Assembly: GCA_051362555.1 (NCBI GenBank)
Contig: CM120641.1
Span: 2,232,001-2,296,000, forward strand
DNA from: Lingula anatina
Lineage: Eukaryota; Animalia; Brachiopoda
Direction: 5' to 3'
Length of the DNA: 64,000 nucleotides
Shown here: one piece after another, positions 13,732-27,100 of the stretch
Layout of the letters: each line of letters begins with the position of its first letter
How positions within the stretch are numbered: the stretch's first letter is position 1
Program-made: the position numbers and the translations under genes
Notes under the pieces: model-generated
Databases searched by the model: none
What the model was told of the DNA's origin: nothing
The model's input: only the letters and a program-made list of their open reading frames with translations

Positions 13732-16700
13732 ATGGCAGCCTCCAGGACACGCAAACTGTTCTGTGTATTTTTACATTTTACACTGCTTAGTTTTTCTTTC
13801 GTAACATGTAGCACGATAGAGGAGATGAACAGCGTGGAACTCAAAACGGCTATGCAAAAACATTTGAGAATGGTTGTATATTTTTGTAAGTAGTTCCTAC
13901 CGGCGCGTAATCTGTCGTCTGCATTTGTTACCAGATGCTGACGCTGTACTGTTGACGTTCGTTTGTGTTGCAGTTTAACCAAGGGCGTTTTTTTAAATGC
14001 ATTTTTGTTCTAATTTTTTTAATTACCCTAGTATAGTTGTTTACTTGTTTTATTCGATCTCTTGAGGTTTAGTTTTTTAAACTAAAGACTGTCCTTGTGT
14101 CGTTTCGAATAGCTTCACAATTTAAGTTGATACATTTGTACAAACGGCCCTTGTAAAAATATTATTGACATGATCATGAAATAAACTTTATGATATTGTA
14201 TTGAAAAAAATTGTGTATTAAGGACTGAGACCGGCAAAATGCACAGGTATGGTAATGTACTGATGAACAATGCTGGTATATTCTGTGGAATGTAATAGTA
14301 TTACTGAAAGGAAGTATTTAAAAGGGCAAGTGAAAATGGGAACACACCTACATGTAGTTGGAAGACAGAATATTAATTTCAGGACAATAAAAAGAATGAC
14401 ATTTTAGTCATGACCATGTACTTTGTACTAGTAATCTGCCTAATGTCACTTAACCTTTCAAAAAAAAAATAATAAAGTACTGAAACAAATTATATATATA
14501 TATATGCAGTAAGCAAAGATTTAAATTAAATTTCAATTGTTTTTGAATATGTGTCTTTTGGTACAAAAATCACCTTTTGTTTATTATCAGCCTCTGTATT
14601 TTATCAGATACAGATGACTGTACAGAATGTGAAAGGCAGTTGTCAGAACTAGAGAAGATAGCCACTGCTCTTGATGATTCTGTGTTAGAAGGTAAGTGTG
14701 TGACATTTAGATCTGGGTATTCATTATAATTTCATTTAATTTAATTGATCCGAAAAAAGAATGGCATGTAATCAAGTATTGATTGCTATATAAAATACAG
14801 ATAACAAGATTATCATAATATTTTATAAACAAAAATGGAAAATATTCTTAATAAGTTCATCAGTGTTCATCTATGTTTTGACTTATATTTTGACTTGGAT
14901 AATTTTTCCTTCTTATTGACAAGAAAATGATTATCCTTTGGACAGTAGTATTTAATTTTTCATATAACAGTCACAACTCTCTCCACCTAAAAAGAAGTAC
15001 TATTTTTGCACATTGGACTCGGTCATGATTTTTGACATTCATTGCATATATTTATTTAATCTACAGGTATGCCAGTTGTCAAAGTAAAAAGTGTCCAGAC
15101 TGCTGCTAAGTATGGAGTTAGTAAATTCCCAAGCTTGGTGTATTTCCGCTCATCTTATCCTATGTTATATGGAGGTAAGTGTGTCTGTTCTTTATATAAC
15201 ATACATATATATTTTTACAGCTGTATAACTCACCTGGAAAAGAAAATGATCTTTTATATAGGTTATTTGTCCGACATAATTTTGTTGCTCTCTTTATATC
15301 CAAACAGTTTTGCTCTCACTTCTTAAAATAGCATATCAATTTTGTGTTTAGTTTCAAATTTATTTTGATTTTTCAAGTGAACAATTGCTGTCTGTTTAGT
15401 GTTAGAAAGCCTGTATTATAAATGTTAAATTCAGAACAAAATGCATGCGCTTCAATTAAAAACAGTGAAACACCAAGACAATATAAATGTTACCAAGAAT
15501 TACTCTTTTCCCATTACAGGGGATGCAGTAATGGCTGAGGACGTGTTTCCCTGGCTGGAGAGAAACGTGGAGGTGGTCACCAGAGAACTGACAGATGAAG
15601 ACTTTGAGCACTTGACCCAGGCTGCCACTGGGGCCACAACTGGAGACTGGTTTGTTAGTTTGTAAGTGAAAACAGTCCTGTATTTATTCTGATAATCAAG
15701 TACCTTACTAGTATCATGTGTGATGTATTTCTTGTAAGCGAACAAGATAAACATTACGACCAAAAAGGAGTTAGAACCTGTGCTAAAAATCCCTTTGGTT
15801 TGCAAAATGTTACAAAATGATGATTACAAAAAGATAAATCTTGAAACCTACTTTATATATATCTGCTTATCTGAGCTGCATGTAAAAAAAAGAAAAAAAA
15901 AAACAGTGATTGAATTAATCAGGGGCAGATCCAGAGCTTTTTTCTGACAGTCTTCCAAATTATCTTTGTTGATCCATCCTCCATTTTTGACCGTCTTCCG
16001 ACAGAAAAAATTGGACACCCGTCAATGTAAACTTGAATATCTGACCGTCTTCCGGAAGACCCAGAAGACGGCCTCAATCCGCCCCTGTTAATGAATGATG
16101 TGGGTTCAAGTCTGACAAAATTTTGTTGAATTTGCATAGTTTTGCAAAATATCACATTAACTTATTAATTTAATCCATGCATAGAGACTGTAACTGTACT
16201 GTTGGAATTTGGGTTAATATTTGTACAAATTTTTTGATAAGCATGAAATTTATGTTTAACTACAATATGGTGCTGCAGCGTTGACCATTATATGTCTCAA
16301 AATGGGGAATACCCGCTTTAAGGGTCTGCCGCTAGATGGCGTGGGGGTGAAAGCAGTCCTTCTCAAATCTCGCAGAATCTCGCTCACGGCTTTACACCAG
16401 AGTTTAACATGGAGCGTGTGCACGCGTCGCTGACAGTGAACCAACTCAAACGCAATTTACTTGAATGTGGTGCCATAACATCTGGATGAAAATGTGAATT
16501 GACTGAAAGGTATGTGTTTTCTTTTCATTTAGTGCTTGAAAAACACGAATGCTAACTATTTTCCTTGAAAAAAATCGAACATTAGTCGAGGTGTGTGTGT
16601 CAAATCTGACATATGTTACATGTACTGTACATGTAGACTACTGTAGGTACGAGTAGGCCTACGCTCATATTTTGTTTTAGTAGCACGAAAGACGAAGATT

Positions 16701-19700
16701 GTGTATACTTAGTGAATGTACTTATTTATTTTCTTTATAAGGTTACCCAAAGAAGGTCCATATATTGGGGGCAAAGCCTGAAACTGTCGATTTCAGGACC
16801 CCAGGACAGCCAGCTTCAAGAGCAGGATAAAATGATTACTTCAGGAATCTTACCCGTCACTTCACATCAGCGGCAAAGATTGATGTAGCCACCAGTTATG
16901 CCTACCCTAAAGCTGACTTACAGGCGGCTGTGATGGACAACAATTAACTATTGCCAAGTGCCATGAAAACAATAATGCATGGATAGAGGGAATGATGTAA
17001 GTGAAAACAGAGGTCTAATATTAAGAATCAGGCCCAAATATGAGAAAGAATTATCAAACTAGGTGATGTCTGACTTCATAGAAATATAATATTGTATGTT
17101 AACTATTTTTATGCTGTAACCATCTACCATGCTTTAATGGGATATGAATATTTCAGGTTGAGGAACAAACAGCGAAGGACACTGAGCATAGCAAGTTTTA
17201 ACAAGGAAAGAGCACAATCTGACACAAGGAGAGACAATGGCAGATCACTGCTTCCAGGTTTGGAGAGATAATTGCAGCTACAGAGAAGAAGTATATAAAC
17301 AAACTGTATGAATCATTGTTGTGTCCAAAACCATTGCAGACACATGACAGTTGGACACGGACCCGATTTTCCCTTTTTGGAATGTGTATCTCGTGCACGA
17401 ATCTGGGCCTAAAGAAAACCTGCGAATACTATACTAAGTTAGAAGGCCAGATGTTCATTACAAATCGCCCATTCTGCTATTTTGTTGTGTTTACATTCAA
17501 ACATCTGTTTGTGGGGTTGATTCATTCTGACGCTGGATATTTTTCTACATGTATTTTGTTCAGGATAACTTTTTTAAATGAAAAACACTATAGGAAGTAT
17601 GTGTCAACTAGTTTATAGAAAGTACCCCTGTATGAGATGGTTTTAGCTGCAATCATAATTTTGAAGTGCAATTTTAAAAAATGTTTTAACTAAAATGAAA
17701 TAATTTGGTGGTGCTATATTCTTTACAAAAAGTACTTATGTGTTTATGCTGTTTTTAATAATATTTAACTGTAATGAAAAAAAAAACCTATGATGCTATT
17801 TTGTAAAGTATTTTTAGTGGGATGAAATAAATTGCTAGTTGTATTTACAGCAAATAATTTGGTTTTTCTGCTTTTTAAAGAATTTTCAAAGTGATGACAT
17901 AATGTGGTGGTTCTATTCAAGTAAAATAATTCATAAGTACTATTTTGTGAAAAGGAACAAAAAACTGTTCATTTGTAAAATGTTTGCTTTCTTTAATTTT
18001 TATTTCTTAAACTGTTACAAAAAGTTTTCCATACCTACAGTAATCCATTGGCTGAGAAATTGCAGCTATATATTCAGGAAAGTTATAGCACAAATAAATT
18101 ATCTAAGTATTACATGGTTTCATGGTTTTTACTATGGACTGAATAATTATTTTAAATAAAATATTTGGTTTTGCTGCTTTTTAATGAATTTTCAGAGCAA
18201 TGAAATAATATGGTGTTTCTACTCAAGTAAAACAATCCAGAAGTGCTATTTTGTAAAAAAAAGAACAAAAACTGTTCATTTATAAAATGTTTTCTTTCTT
18301 TAAATTTTATTTCTTAAACTGTTACAAAAAGATTTCCAAACATGCATTATTCCATTGGCTGAGAAATTGCATCTATACCTGAACAAATAAACTATCTAAC
18401 TATACCTAGTTTTATGATTCTTAAGAGGTACTGAATAATGGTTTTAAATAAAAATAATTATTTAATTAACATTACCGGTCATGCTCAATACATCAATAAA
18501 AAAGGATATTACTTAATAACACAACCGTATGCGGGTAGTAGGCTACCGGCACTTATATACATTTACTGACAACTCTTCTGAAATTACGAACATAAGAAAA
18601 CGCACTTTGATAAATCATACTTCCTAGGGGCACTTTCTTGCTATGGAGCTCTCTTTCCAAAACTTTATAAGTTTTGCCAAGATCAATTAACCTTTTTATG
18701 TGTATTCTTTTTGAGGCAATTCGTCTATCTTTAGGGGCCTAATTACTGTGCCTGGGTCAAGTCGTAACTGTCCCTTTAACATGGAAGGTGTGTTGACATG
18801 GGCAACCCTTCACTTCAAACGAAGCCCTGAATCCCCAAGAAAGTTATGCCCACCTTGCCGACTTTGACATTCAGGTAAACAACAATACTGAGGCATGTTT
18901 ATTAAGGCCAGTACCACAGTCCAACGTATACAATATCCAACATGGCGACTGTGGAAGGACTGAATTCACACTAGCGACACCTGGCGCCAAGCGGGCTGGT
19001 ATTCCTCATTCAAAGATATCTAGGAAAAGATGTTTTAAGCACAGTTGTAATCCACTTTTTGAAAGAGGTAGAACATGGTGTTGAAGAAAGAGGGATATAT
19101 ACCAAAAGCAGTGTTCTGACTTCCAAAATTCCTGTGCATTATACACACATATATTGTGTATTTGTAGTTACAAGCCTAGCTGTGATACTGTGCTGTCAGC
19201 ACTGGAGTCTGTGGGAGGCCATCTTAAACACAAGATGAATGCTGCCAGAGTTGATATCACCAAGAACCCAGAGTTAGTGAAGAGATTCAATATAAAGGAT
19301 TGTCCAACACTGATACTGTGAGTACTGTACTTAACTATTACCACAGACTGGAAACTTCATTCCTTTATGGTTATGTACCCAATCCTTTTCTGAAAGTTTT
19401 GAATGATCTTAGTCCAGTGTTATTTATAGAATGTAATTTGTTGTTAGTGAAAATATGTCATCAGTTTTGTCTGAATGTCAGAAATTAACTTGAGTATCTT
19501 AGAAGAGAAGAACTTTCTTAGACTTTTTATTGTACTTTTGCACTCAGGGGTTCAAGGGTAACTTGTCCGCTGCCCAAATTGTCAGAAAATTGATTTTTTT
19601 TTTTGGTGATAGCTAAGAGCTTTTGTAATTTCTAATTTGCTGAGTGTCTAATCTTTGTGCTATACGTGATGTAAATCAGTATATCATAATAATGTTTTGT

Positions 19701-20665
19701 GTCCACAATAACAATTATTAAATCATATATTTGGTATTTTTTCAATAAAAGGTTTTTATGTAAAGAAAACTTTTGTAAATGTCCTGTGTTCCCTCACTTT
19801 AAATAAGTTCATGCACCTTATGTGTTATCACTAACGGTGTTTTAATAATGTCATATTTACTTCCTGGTTTCAGTTTCCATTTAGGGAAGATGTACAGGTA
19901 TATTGTTCCTCAAAAAGACCTTGCTTCCCTACAGGCCTTTGCTGAGGGCTGGTATAAAAATGTTAAAGGAGAAGTTGTGCTTCCCCCTCCCTCACCTTTG
20001 TAAGTAGAAAGAATTTCCGTCTGAAATAGCTTTTATTAAGTCTGACTCGGCCTTTTCGAGAACTGTTGTATTATGATTTTGAAATAAAGGAATCTTATCT
20101 TAAATTATATTGCAATTAAATTAGGTTGAATATATTTCCTTTTGTATTGGAAATATTTAATTCTATATACATATCTCCATTTGGACTTTTTTCAGTGAGG
20201 AGTTAGTCAGTTTTATTGTTGAAAAATTAAAGGTAAATGGAATAATTTATTTATATTTTACATCTCTCTCTCTCTCTCTCTCTCTCAGCTGTACACAATC
20301 ATGGAGGTGTAAAGATTGTTTGCTTTACACAACATTTATTAAAAAGATTATAGTTCAGGAACAATTTTGTAACTTATGCACAATCTCTGCTTGCATATTT
20401 TCACAAAAATTTTATTTCTTCAAAAGGATTTTTAAAAGTACGAAATATTTAATAAATTTGTTTAAGCACACAACAGGTTATATGATGAAAATAATATAAT
20501 GTTTATTTATTTTAAAGATTTATGTCATCCTTGATCTTCCAGACACACATCAGGGAACCCAGCTTTAACGTGGTAATGACGGTGTGTATGCTGGCAGGCG
20601 TGCTTTTCATGCTCTGGTTCTACTACTACTGCAAGGGAAGATCATGGGAAAAGAAAAGAGATTAA
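13732..20665 (+). CDS. Thioredoxin-domain ER transmembrane protein (signal peptide, two Trx-like domains, TM helix, KKxx tail)
   Basis: Exons 13732-13885, 14608-14691, 15067-15174, 15520-15661, 19168-19317, 19874-19999, 20196-20232, 20543-20665, all GT-AG and phase-compatible. Hydrophobic N-terminus, FYTDDCTEC (CxxC), [61 protein letters not shown], TM segment VVMTVCMLAGVLFMLWFYYYC, C-terminal KKRD-stop. Confidence 0.88.
15920..16087. mobile_element. Short hAT-like MITE (CAGGGGCGGAT family), copy 1, 5-bp TSD TTAAT
   Basis: Termini CAGGGGCAGAT...ATCCGCCCCTG. TTAAT at 15915-15919 and 16088-16092. Homologous to copies at 22218 and 38176. Confidence 0.85.
16409..17360 (+). pseudogene. SAP-like + YqaJ-like exonuclease remnant of the transposon
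   Basis: 16409-16509 reads MERVHASLTVNQLKRNLLECGAITSG*KCELTER, a SAP-like pattern ending at a GTATGT donor. From 17157 it reads ...QGKSTI*HKERQWQITASRFGEIIAATEKK...LLCPKPLQTH, matching the YqaJ W-x3-R-x2-RITAS-x-FG motif. In-frame stops present. Confidence 0.7.
17853..18450 (+). repeat. ~300-bp imperfect direct tandem duplication inside the transposon
   Basis: About 17853-18157 matches about 18158-18450, for example the shared TTTTATTTCTTAAACTGTTACAAAAAG and TCCATTGGCTGAGAAATTGCA. Confidence 0.8.
18553..18896 (-). pseudogene. THAP-domain / DDE_Tnp_4-type transposase remnant with the core deleted
   Basis: 18896-18810 reads MPQYCCLPECQSRQGGHNFLGDSGLRLK* (THAP N-terminus with a W-to-stop change). 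It joins VNTPSMLKGQLRLDPG and, after a frameshift, KDRRIASKRIHIKRLIDLGKTYKVL, the C-terminal RIAS-x-RIHVER motif of Harbinger/ISL2EU transposases with E replaced by K. Confidence 0.75.
20264..20286. repeat. (TC)n microsatellite
   Basis: Dinucleotide run in the last thioredoxin-gene intron. Confidence 0.9.
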
Positions 20666-22217
20666 AAGTGCCATTTTCTTTCTCTACATGCTGTTGCCAC
20701 TTTTCTGGATCCACAAAAGCATGATTTTTATTTTTGACCCATTACCTTGTTAAAAATGTGGTTTTGGCTACGTATTGGAAAAATATGTATTGTTCTTTAC
20801 CTTTATTATAGAAAGAACTAAGTCTCCGCATGTAAACGAGTTAAACTGAGGGCAATAATTTAACATGTTACTCGTAGCATGGGTAAAGGAACAGGATTGC
20901 TGTAATCAAGTCCAGTTATGCAGTGCTCACTGGGGAAGTGTTTTGCTGTGTTAACAAAAATAGCCTTAGGTAGCATGTTTAAGTATTTTTGATTCAGTAA
21001 TGAAGACCCAGGAAGCATTTACAAGACTTGTTACTAGTTGAAGCGAAATGCAGAACATAGATCTAGCCTTCAGGCTTTTACCTTGCATCTCCACTAGTGT
21101 AGAATTAAGGTATTTATTGCACTCTTGACTTGGGGATATTGCATGGCCTTCTGGTTTACCTAACACCATATCTGTCTCTGGGAACACATACGTAACTGTC
21201 CATCCACCTGAGAAGAAACCTGATTGTATAACAGTGAATACGGTACATGAATGCCATAATTCAGTGGGCAAATCTCCTTGAAATGGGCCCAAAGATGTTG
21301 CCATTTATATGTCAAGAACATTAGGCACTCCATAATAAGCACACATTATCTGATATGTTTGGAAAGCTGTTTTTATGTGCTCTATCACTAGAAAGGAAGT
21401 ATGTTTACTTATCAGTGGGATATATATATATATCCACTGGCAAGGATTTTGTTGGTTGGTGGGAAAAGGGCAAACTGAAACTGAAAGTGTATGTTGGGGG
21501 CATGTAACCCTAAGGTCCACAAGTTCTGTATGTTATCTACATTAGGTAAATATTAAAGCTTATGTGTAAATTTACAGCCTGAGCTTACACAAAACTTTCA
21601 AAACCAGATCATGGATAAAGATTGGTAACTAAGCATAATGAACACGATCTCTAATGCATCTGCACAATGGTGATTGAATTTATGTTATAGGATGCTGACT
21701 TAAAGGTATCTATATTTTACAATAGATAAGCCTTTATTTATTATTTGTTTATCATATATGCACATAAAATACTTTGCCTGCAAAGGAAAACAAAGGAAAC
21801 ATTCTTGTACCATATATACATGCACCAATTAGTTGTTTGATAGCTGTTCATGCTCTCTGTACTAGTATGGTAAGCATTAGCTTGATCTTGCCCACAATCA
21901 TGATACTCAGTAGATTGAGAATTCCAAAATGTATGAAATGATCTTTGCATCTTCCACAAGTTTGTCATGGAATTGCCTTTAATAAGGGTCAGAAAATGTG
22001 GTGTTATTGTATGCCTTGAATTTTTATAATAAAATATCTCTGCTATATAGCTTTTACCTTCTTCCTCTCAATATTTGATTGTGAATATTCATTACACAAA
22101 TTGAATATACATTTATGTAATACATGGTTTTTCAGTCTGCTTTGTTTGTGGTGCAGGAACACATTTAAAATGAAAAACTTGCATATCTATATTTTAGATA
22201 ACAGGATATTTTATCAG

Positions 22218-22378
22218 CAGGGGCGGATGGAAGCTGTCTTCTGGAAGACGGTCAGATTTTTTTTTTTTTTACTTTGATGGGCATCTTACTTTTTCTGTCT
22301 GAAGATGGTCAAAAATGGCAGATGAATCAACAAAGACAATTTAGAAGACCGTCAGAAAATATCTCTGGATCCAACCCA
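22218..22378. mobile_element. CAGGGGCGGAT-family MITE, copy 2 (inverted, degenerate)
   Basis: Reverse complement of copy 1 (CAGGGGCGGAT...GAAGACGGTCAGA...GATGAATCAACAAAGA...TCTCTGGATCC). The right end is decayed and no clear TSD is visible. Confidence 0.75.
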
Positions 22379-24193
22379 TATAAGACTATATGAATGCACA
22401 AATATATGCGTGGTATTTCAAGGTTAACATCTATATTAACAACTCGTATGTAGAAAAATTTAAGAAACCACCAAGAATTGCTTTTTTCGTCTTTTTATTT
22501 GTTATGTATTAAAAAACGGGTATGTTATCCAGTTATGAATCACTTTTTTTTCTAGGATCATGCTTGGTTTTTTCCAAACAGGTTGCAATAAAAAGCACTT
22601 AAACCAGTTTCTATCTTTAAGTTACTGATTTTTTTTTCGGTTATGTGGACCTCTTTTTTTTTTTTTTAAAGATACTTCTTTTTTAAAAAAGCAGTTGTGT
22701 TTCAAAGCTTAATCCAACTTCGAAGAAATGCCCAATATTAATGAGATGAAAGTGGACCTTTGTAAAAACAAGGCAGTAAAGCAGTCAAACGACAGCAGGA
22801 AATAATAGCAATTAGCAGCACTTTGCTCGTTTCACAATTAAGCATTTGTTACAGTTCTTCAAATTTCAAGGCCTGCATTTCGTAAATGAACAATCTGCAA
22901 TCTCTTGATAATTTTAATTTTACATTAAATAAAATGTATTGTCCTTTAAATCATTAAATCTGTGCACTCTATCTGTAGGTGTATTTCAGAGTAGCTGAGC
23001 TTACATCATACACAGGTAAAACCGCACTCGTGGAATGCAGAAATCCACCTGCTGGAGCACAAGTAATGCAGTGCCCTGGTGGACACTTTCTTGACACGTG
23101 AAAAAACAAGACATGGGGGGGGGGATGGATAACTTCTGTCAATATTACCATTGCAACTGAAACCAATATAGAGAATACAGGAACAATAACAGTTACAAAA
23201 ACAGTTACAAAAACAATTACACAAAACATATTTATTTCTTCTCTTCAACATCAAAATAGAATTGTTATGATCATAAACGCTTCACTTTCTCATCAGCTGC
23301 AGCAGTGAAATATTTCAAGGCAAATGCAAAGAAGTTACAAGTCATAACATCACTCTGATTAACAGAACAATTACAGTAAAGTTCTGACAAGAATCAACCA
23401 CCTAATGGATGTAAATAACCTATCATATTAAAACCAATGTCTATATACTTTCATCTATTTCAATCATAAATGAATTTCTCTGTACATTTGCTTCACACAG
23501 GTGTCTATGTAATACCTAATAAATTATGTCATCATTTTGTTGGTTACTAACATCCAAACAAATCTGTCTGAGCAGACCAGTCTGCTTTATATATGGAATA
23601 TAAACTGAAAATTCTAGTAAATTCCACACTGAAATGGTCTTAGTGACATGTTGTGAATTAAAAGACGCATCTTGGCCAAAGTAATAGTAAGTTTGAAAAT
23701 ATTCACGATAAGATTTTACAATGGTTCTAGATTTGAAGACAGTATCAGCATTTTTCAAAAATACCAGAAATTTGCCAATAATCAAATTCTGGCCTTTGTC
23801 CTTTTATTGTTTAGAATGCCTTTGTAAAGAAACCCTAATTGTGATAGATACTCATTATTTGGCCTGAATATGCCACATAAGCTATATTAAAAAATAAAAT
23901 TTGAGATATCTAACGGGCATCCATAATTCTTTGAAAGAAAAAAAATTCACTAGGACTAGAATGTGTGATAATATTAGGTCTTTTTAAATAAATTGAATAT
24001 GTAGAATTAATATCTGACATCAAAGGAAATGTATCAAAATCTGTACAAATGGAGAATGACTATATGCATCCAAAATAAATCCTCAGCCAGTGGCAATAAT
24101 CTGAAACACAACATGGGCCAAGAGAGATGTCAGCCTACTAAATGGCATCAGCAATGATAATAGATGTTTTCCTCATAGTCACAAGTTCTCTCC

Positions 24194-27100
24194 CTAACTT
24201 GGTGGGGGAGGGGGTGGTGCCCCTAGGAGAGGGTTCAACCCCTGCAGTCCACCATAGTTGTTACCAGCTGAGGGAGGGGGTGGAGGCGGAGCCATGGGGT
24301 TGAAGCCAGCCTGAGAGGAGGGTGGGGGCGGGGGTGGTGCCACTGGTGCCGGTGGAGGTGGTGCCTGCTGCCAGGGGTACTGCACAGGGGGTACTGGGGG
24401 TGGGGGTGGCCCTGACTGCCACGGTGGCATGCTGGACCCCATACTGCCTGGAGGTGGAGGAGGTACACCAGACGTGTCTGAAAATAAATGAAAAAGAATC
24501 TTTAAATTATGAGATATCCTGGGCAAAAATTACAGATTATTACAATGACATCCTCAGTTAAGGTTAATCAGAAGAACTTATTACAAAAAACTGTTGTTAA
24601 TGATTCAAAATTACAGCAACCACTCAATCAATTTACACCATTTATCATGACTTGATCCCCGCTACTGAGAAAGCATTGCTACATGAGTACAAGTTTTTCC
24701 CCTCAGCTGTCCTTACTTGTGTTATTCTGCCAGGAGGTCATACTAGGAGGGGGTGGAGGGGGCGCTGACAACAGTGGAGTGGAGCCGCCTAAATAAAAGG
24801 AGCAAAGACAGACTTTTAACAAGTTAAACACTTACATATCCATAACTTGAATGGGTAATAACACACAATACAAGACTTACCATCATTACAACGGATATGA
24901 AGTGCTGCAGTCATGTCATTGACAAACAATTTGGTAATTTAAAATTAAAAAAACAAAAAACAAAAGCAAATTGGTGGATAGAAACCATTTCTGTTTGACA
25001 GGTTACCAATTATCACAAACCCTACACAAGAAAGGAAGGATTCAGAAAGAACCACTAAGTATTCTAGTCTCTTTACCTGCTGTAGTACTCTGCTGCTGCT
25101 GTTGCCAGGGGGGCATGCTGCCTGCTGTGGAAGGGGGTGGCATACCCAGGGGGGTCTGTCCAGACAGGGTCCCCGTGGGCTGGGCTGGAATATTCATCAG
25201 AGAAGGAGGCTGTTGTTGCTGGCTGTGAGGAGGCTGCTGTGACTGTTGCCGCATTCTCTCTTGCTCCTGTAACATCTGTTGTTGCTGTTGTGCTTGCTGT
25301 AGCCAAGGCGGGTTCAGCTGAAACAGAGCAATGTATATGTTTAACTAAGCCTCTTGGAATAGGAGTGAACTTAGTATTGTTTTTACAAAATTTGTATATT
25401 TTTTGGTCTCTGATATTGCTATCCAATGACTGCTATTCTAGCAGGATGGAGGATAATAATTTCATCTAATGAATAGTGTTGTCCACAGCATAGCACTATC
25501 CTGTGATGTCGACACTGTGCCCAGCTAACAGTCATTTAAAATGCACATGCAATAATATTTTCCATGTCATATGATAAAATAATATCACCGCCTGTTAATT
25601 TGATGGGTTTTTACCAAAACATTAAAAAAATACATTTCTAATCTAAACACAGATGTGTGTGGGTGCCATATTACCAGTGAGGAGCCAGCTGTGGAGTGTG
25701 GAGGTGGACCCCCAGGGGCTACACCAGGGGGCTCATTGAACCGACTGCGCCTTGGAGCAAAGTCATTCTAAAATACATGAAACAAAGTTATTACACAACA
25801 ACCACCAGAGTACAAATCTAGATCATACAATTTTGAAGATAAGCTACTGTTTTCCATAAATGGACTTCTCAATGAACTCTTAAATCTAATGTTTAACTAA
25901 TATTTATAGTCACTTAAATCCAATGACAGTCCCTAAAACTATTTAAAGATTCTGCACCGCAACCAATACAAATGGTAAAAGGAAAATGAAAGAAAAAGAT
26001 TTCCAGTTTTTTTCAATTATCCTAGTTGAGTAAACCCAGCTACTTATCCAGGTAAACTCAACCTAGCATATTGATTAAAATAGACAAAAGAATAAAAATC
26101 ATGTGTTTACCTGAGGCTGATGACTTGGGGGTCCTCCAAATGGCATCCGTGGTGGGTTAGTATTGAACTGTGGATGTTGAGGAGGCTGTGGTTTGGGTTG
26201 CTCTGGTGGTGGCCCCTCCCCCAGCTCTGCCATCAACGACATGTACTCACTGTCCATCTTAGCTTTGTCGATAGGGGTGGGGGCCATGGCTGTCAGGTTG
26301 CGGAATGAATCACCAGGCCTTGAGAAGAGAAAGTGAAAGTATTCAAGAGCAATTCCCTTAATTTATGATGATATTTGACATGATTCCACTTTTATGCAAA
26401 ATGGTATAAAAATATGATTTTGTGTTGAACAGCACACCACAACACAGCCTTTATTTTTTGGTTTCTTTATTTATGTTCATAACTTTTTTGCCTTAATTAA
26501 TAAATTGTTTCTGCTGTAGAAGTACAGAACTGGTAGTCAAAACAGCCCATGGTGACTGAGAAGACCAACCAGGACTATCTGATAACTTACTTTTTCTGTT
26601 TACAATCCTGTCCTAAATGTCCCGCCCCACCACACACTGTACATATGATAGTGTTGGTGACTATGGTCTGGGCCTGCTGAAGCTGTTTTAACTTCCTGCA
26701 AAAAAAACAAAAGAATGCTGGTAAAAACACCGACAAGAAAATGGACATGATCAAACCTAAAATGCTTGTTGGATTCTGCACACTTACTGAAATACAAAAT
26801 TCAAGAGTTCTGGCTAGACACGGAATATTTAACTACTGACATAACCTACACAACTTTCTTTTCATTAATTTCTTAATAACACATCTGGCGTCAGAATTCA
26901 AAGCTGTTCAATGGAAAGGGATCTACAACTTACGCCAGTCCATCATTCTCTCTCAGTGTACCATTGAGCAAGGCCAGCTCCCTCAACTGTTGTCTTCTTA
27001 AATCATTCTGACCCTCAGGAACTTCTATACCCTGTTTGATTATCTCTTTGATCTGAACAAGAAAAAATAATTGTGTGTAATATTGTAACGAAAAGAATAC

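Larger units (their letters stand above)
16304..19007. mobile_element. Decayed, internally deleted ISL2EU/Harbinger-related DNA transposon in intron 4 of the thioredoxin gene
   Basis: TIRs GGGGAATACC / GGTATTCCTC flanked by AT on both sides, with further subterminal similarity (GTGAA..CAGTCCTTC). Contains convergent remnants of a SAP/YqaJ gene (+) and a THAP-DDE transposase (-). Confidence 0.8.

Noticed and set aside
16487-16489. In-frame TGA as possible selenocysteine within a thioredoxin locus
   Set aside because: It lies in the transposon SAP-like remnant at a position normally Arg or Lys. The host CDS has no in-frame TGA and no SECIS was recognised.
24235-25469. Antisense and alternative-frame ORFs over the SF1 proline-rich exons
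   Set aside because: Expected shadows of GC-rich low-complexity coding sequence.
26021-26067. Short hairpin in an SF1 intron (CTAGTTGAGTAAACC...GGTAAACTCAACCTAG)
   Set aside because: Imperfect and short; more likely a MITE remnant than a miRNA or regulatory stem, and not testable by eye.
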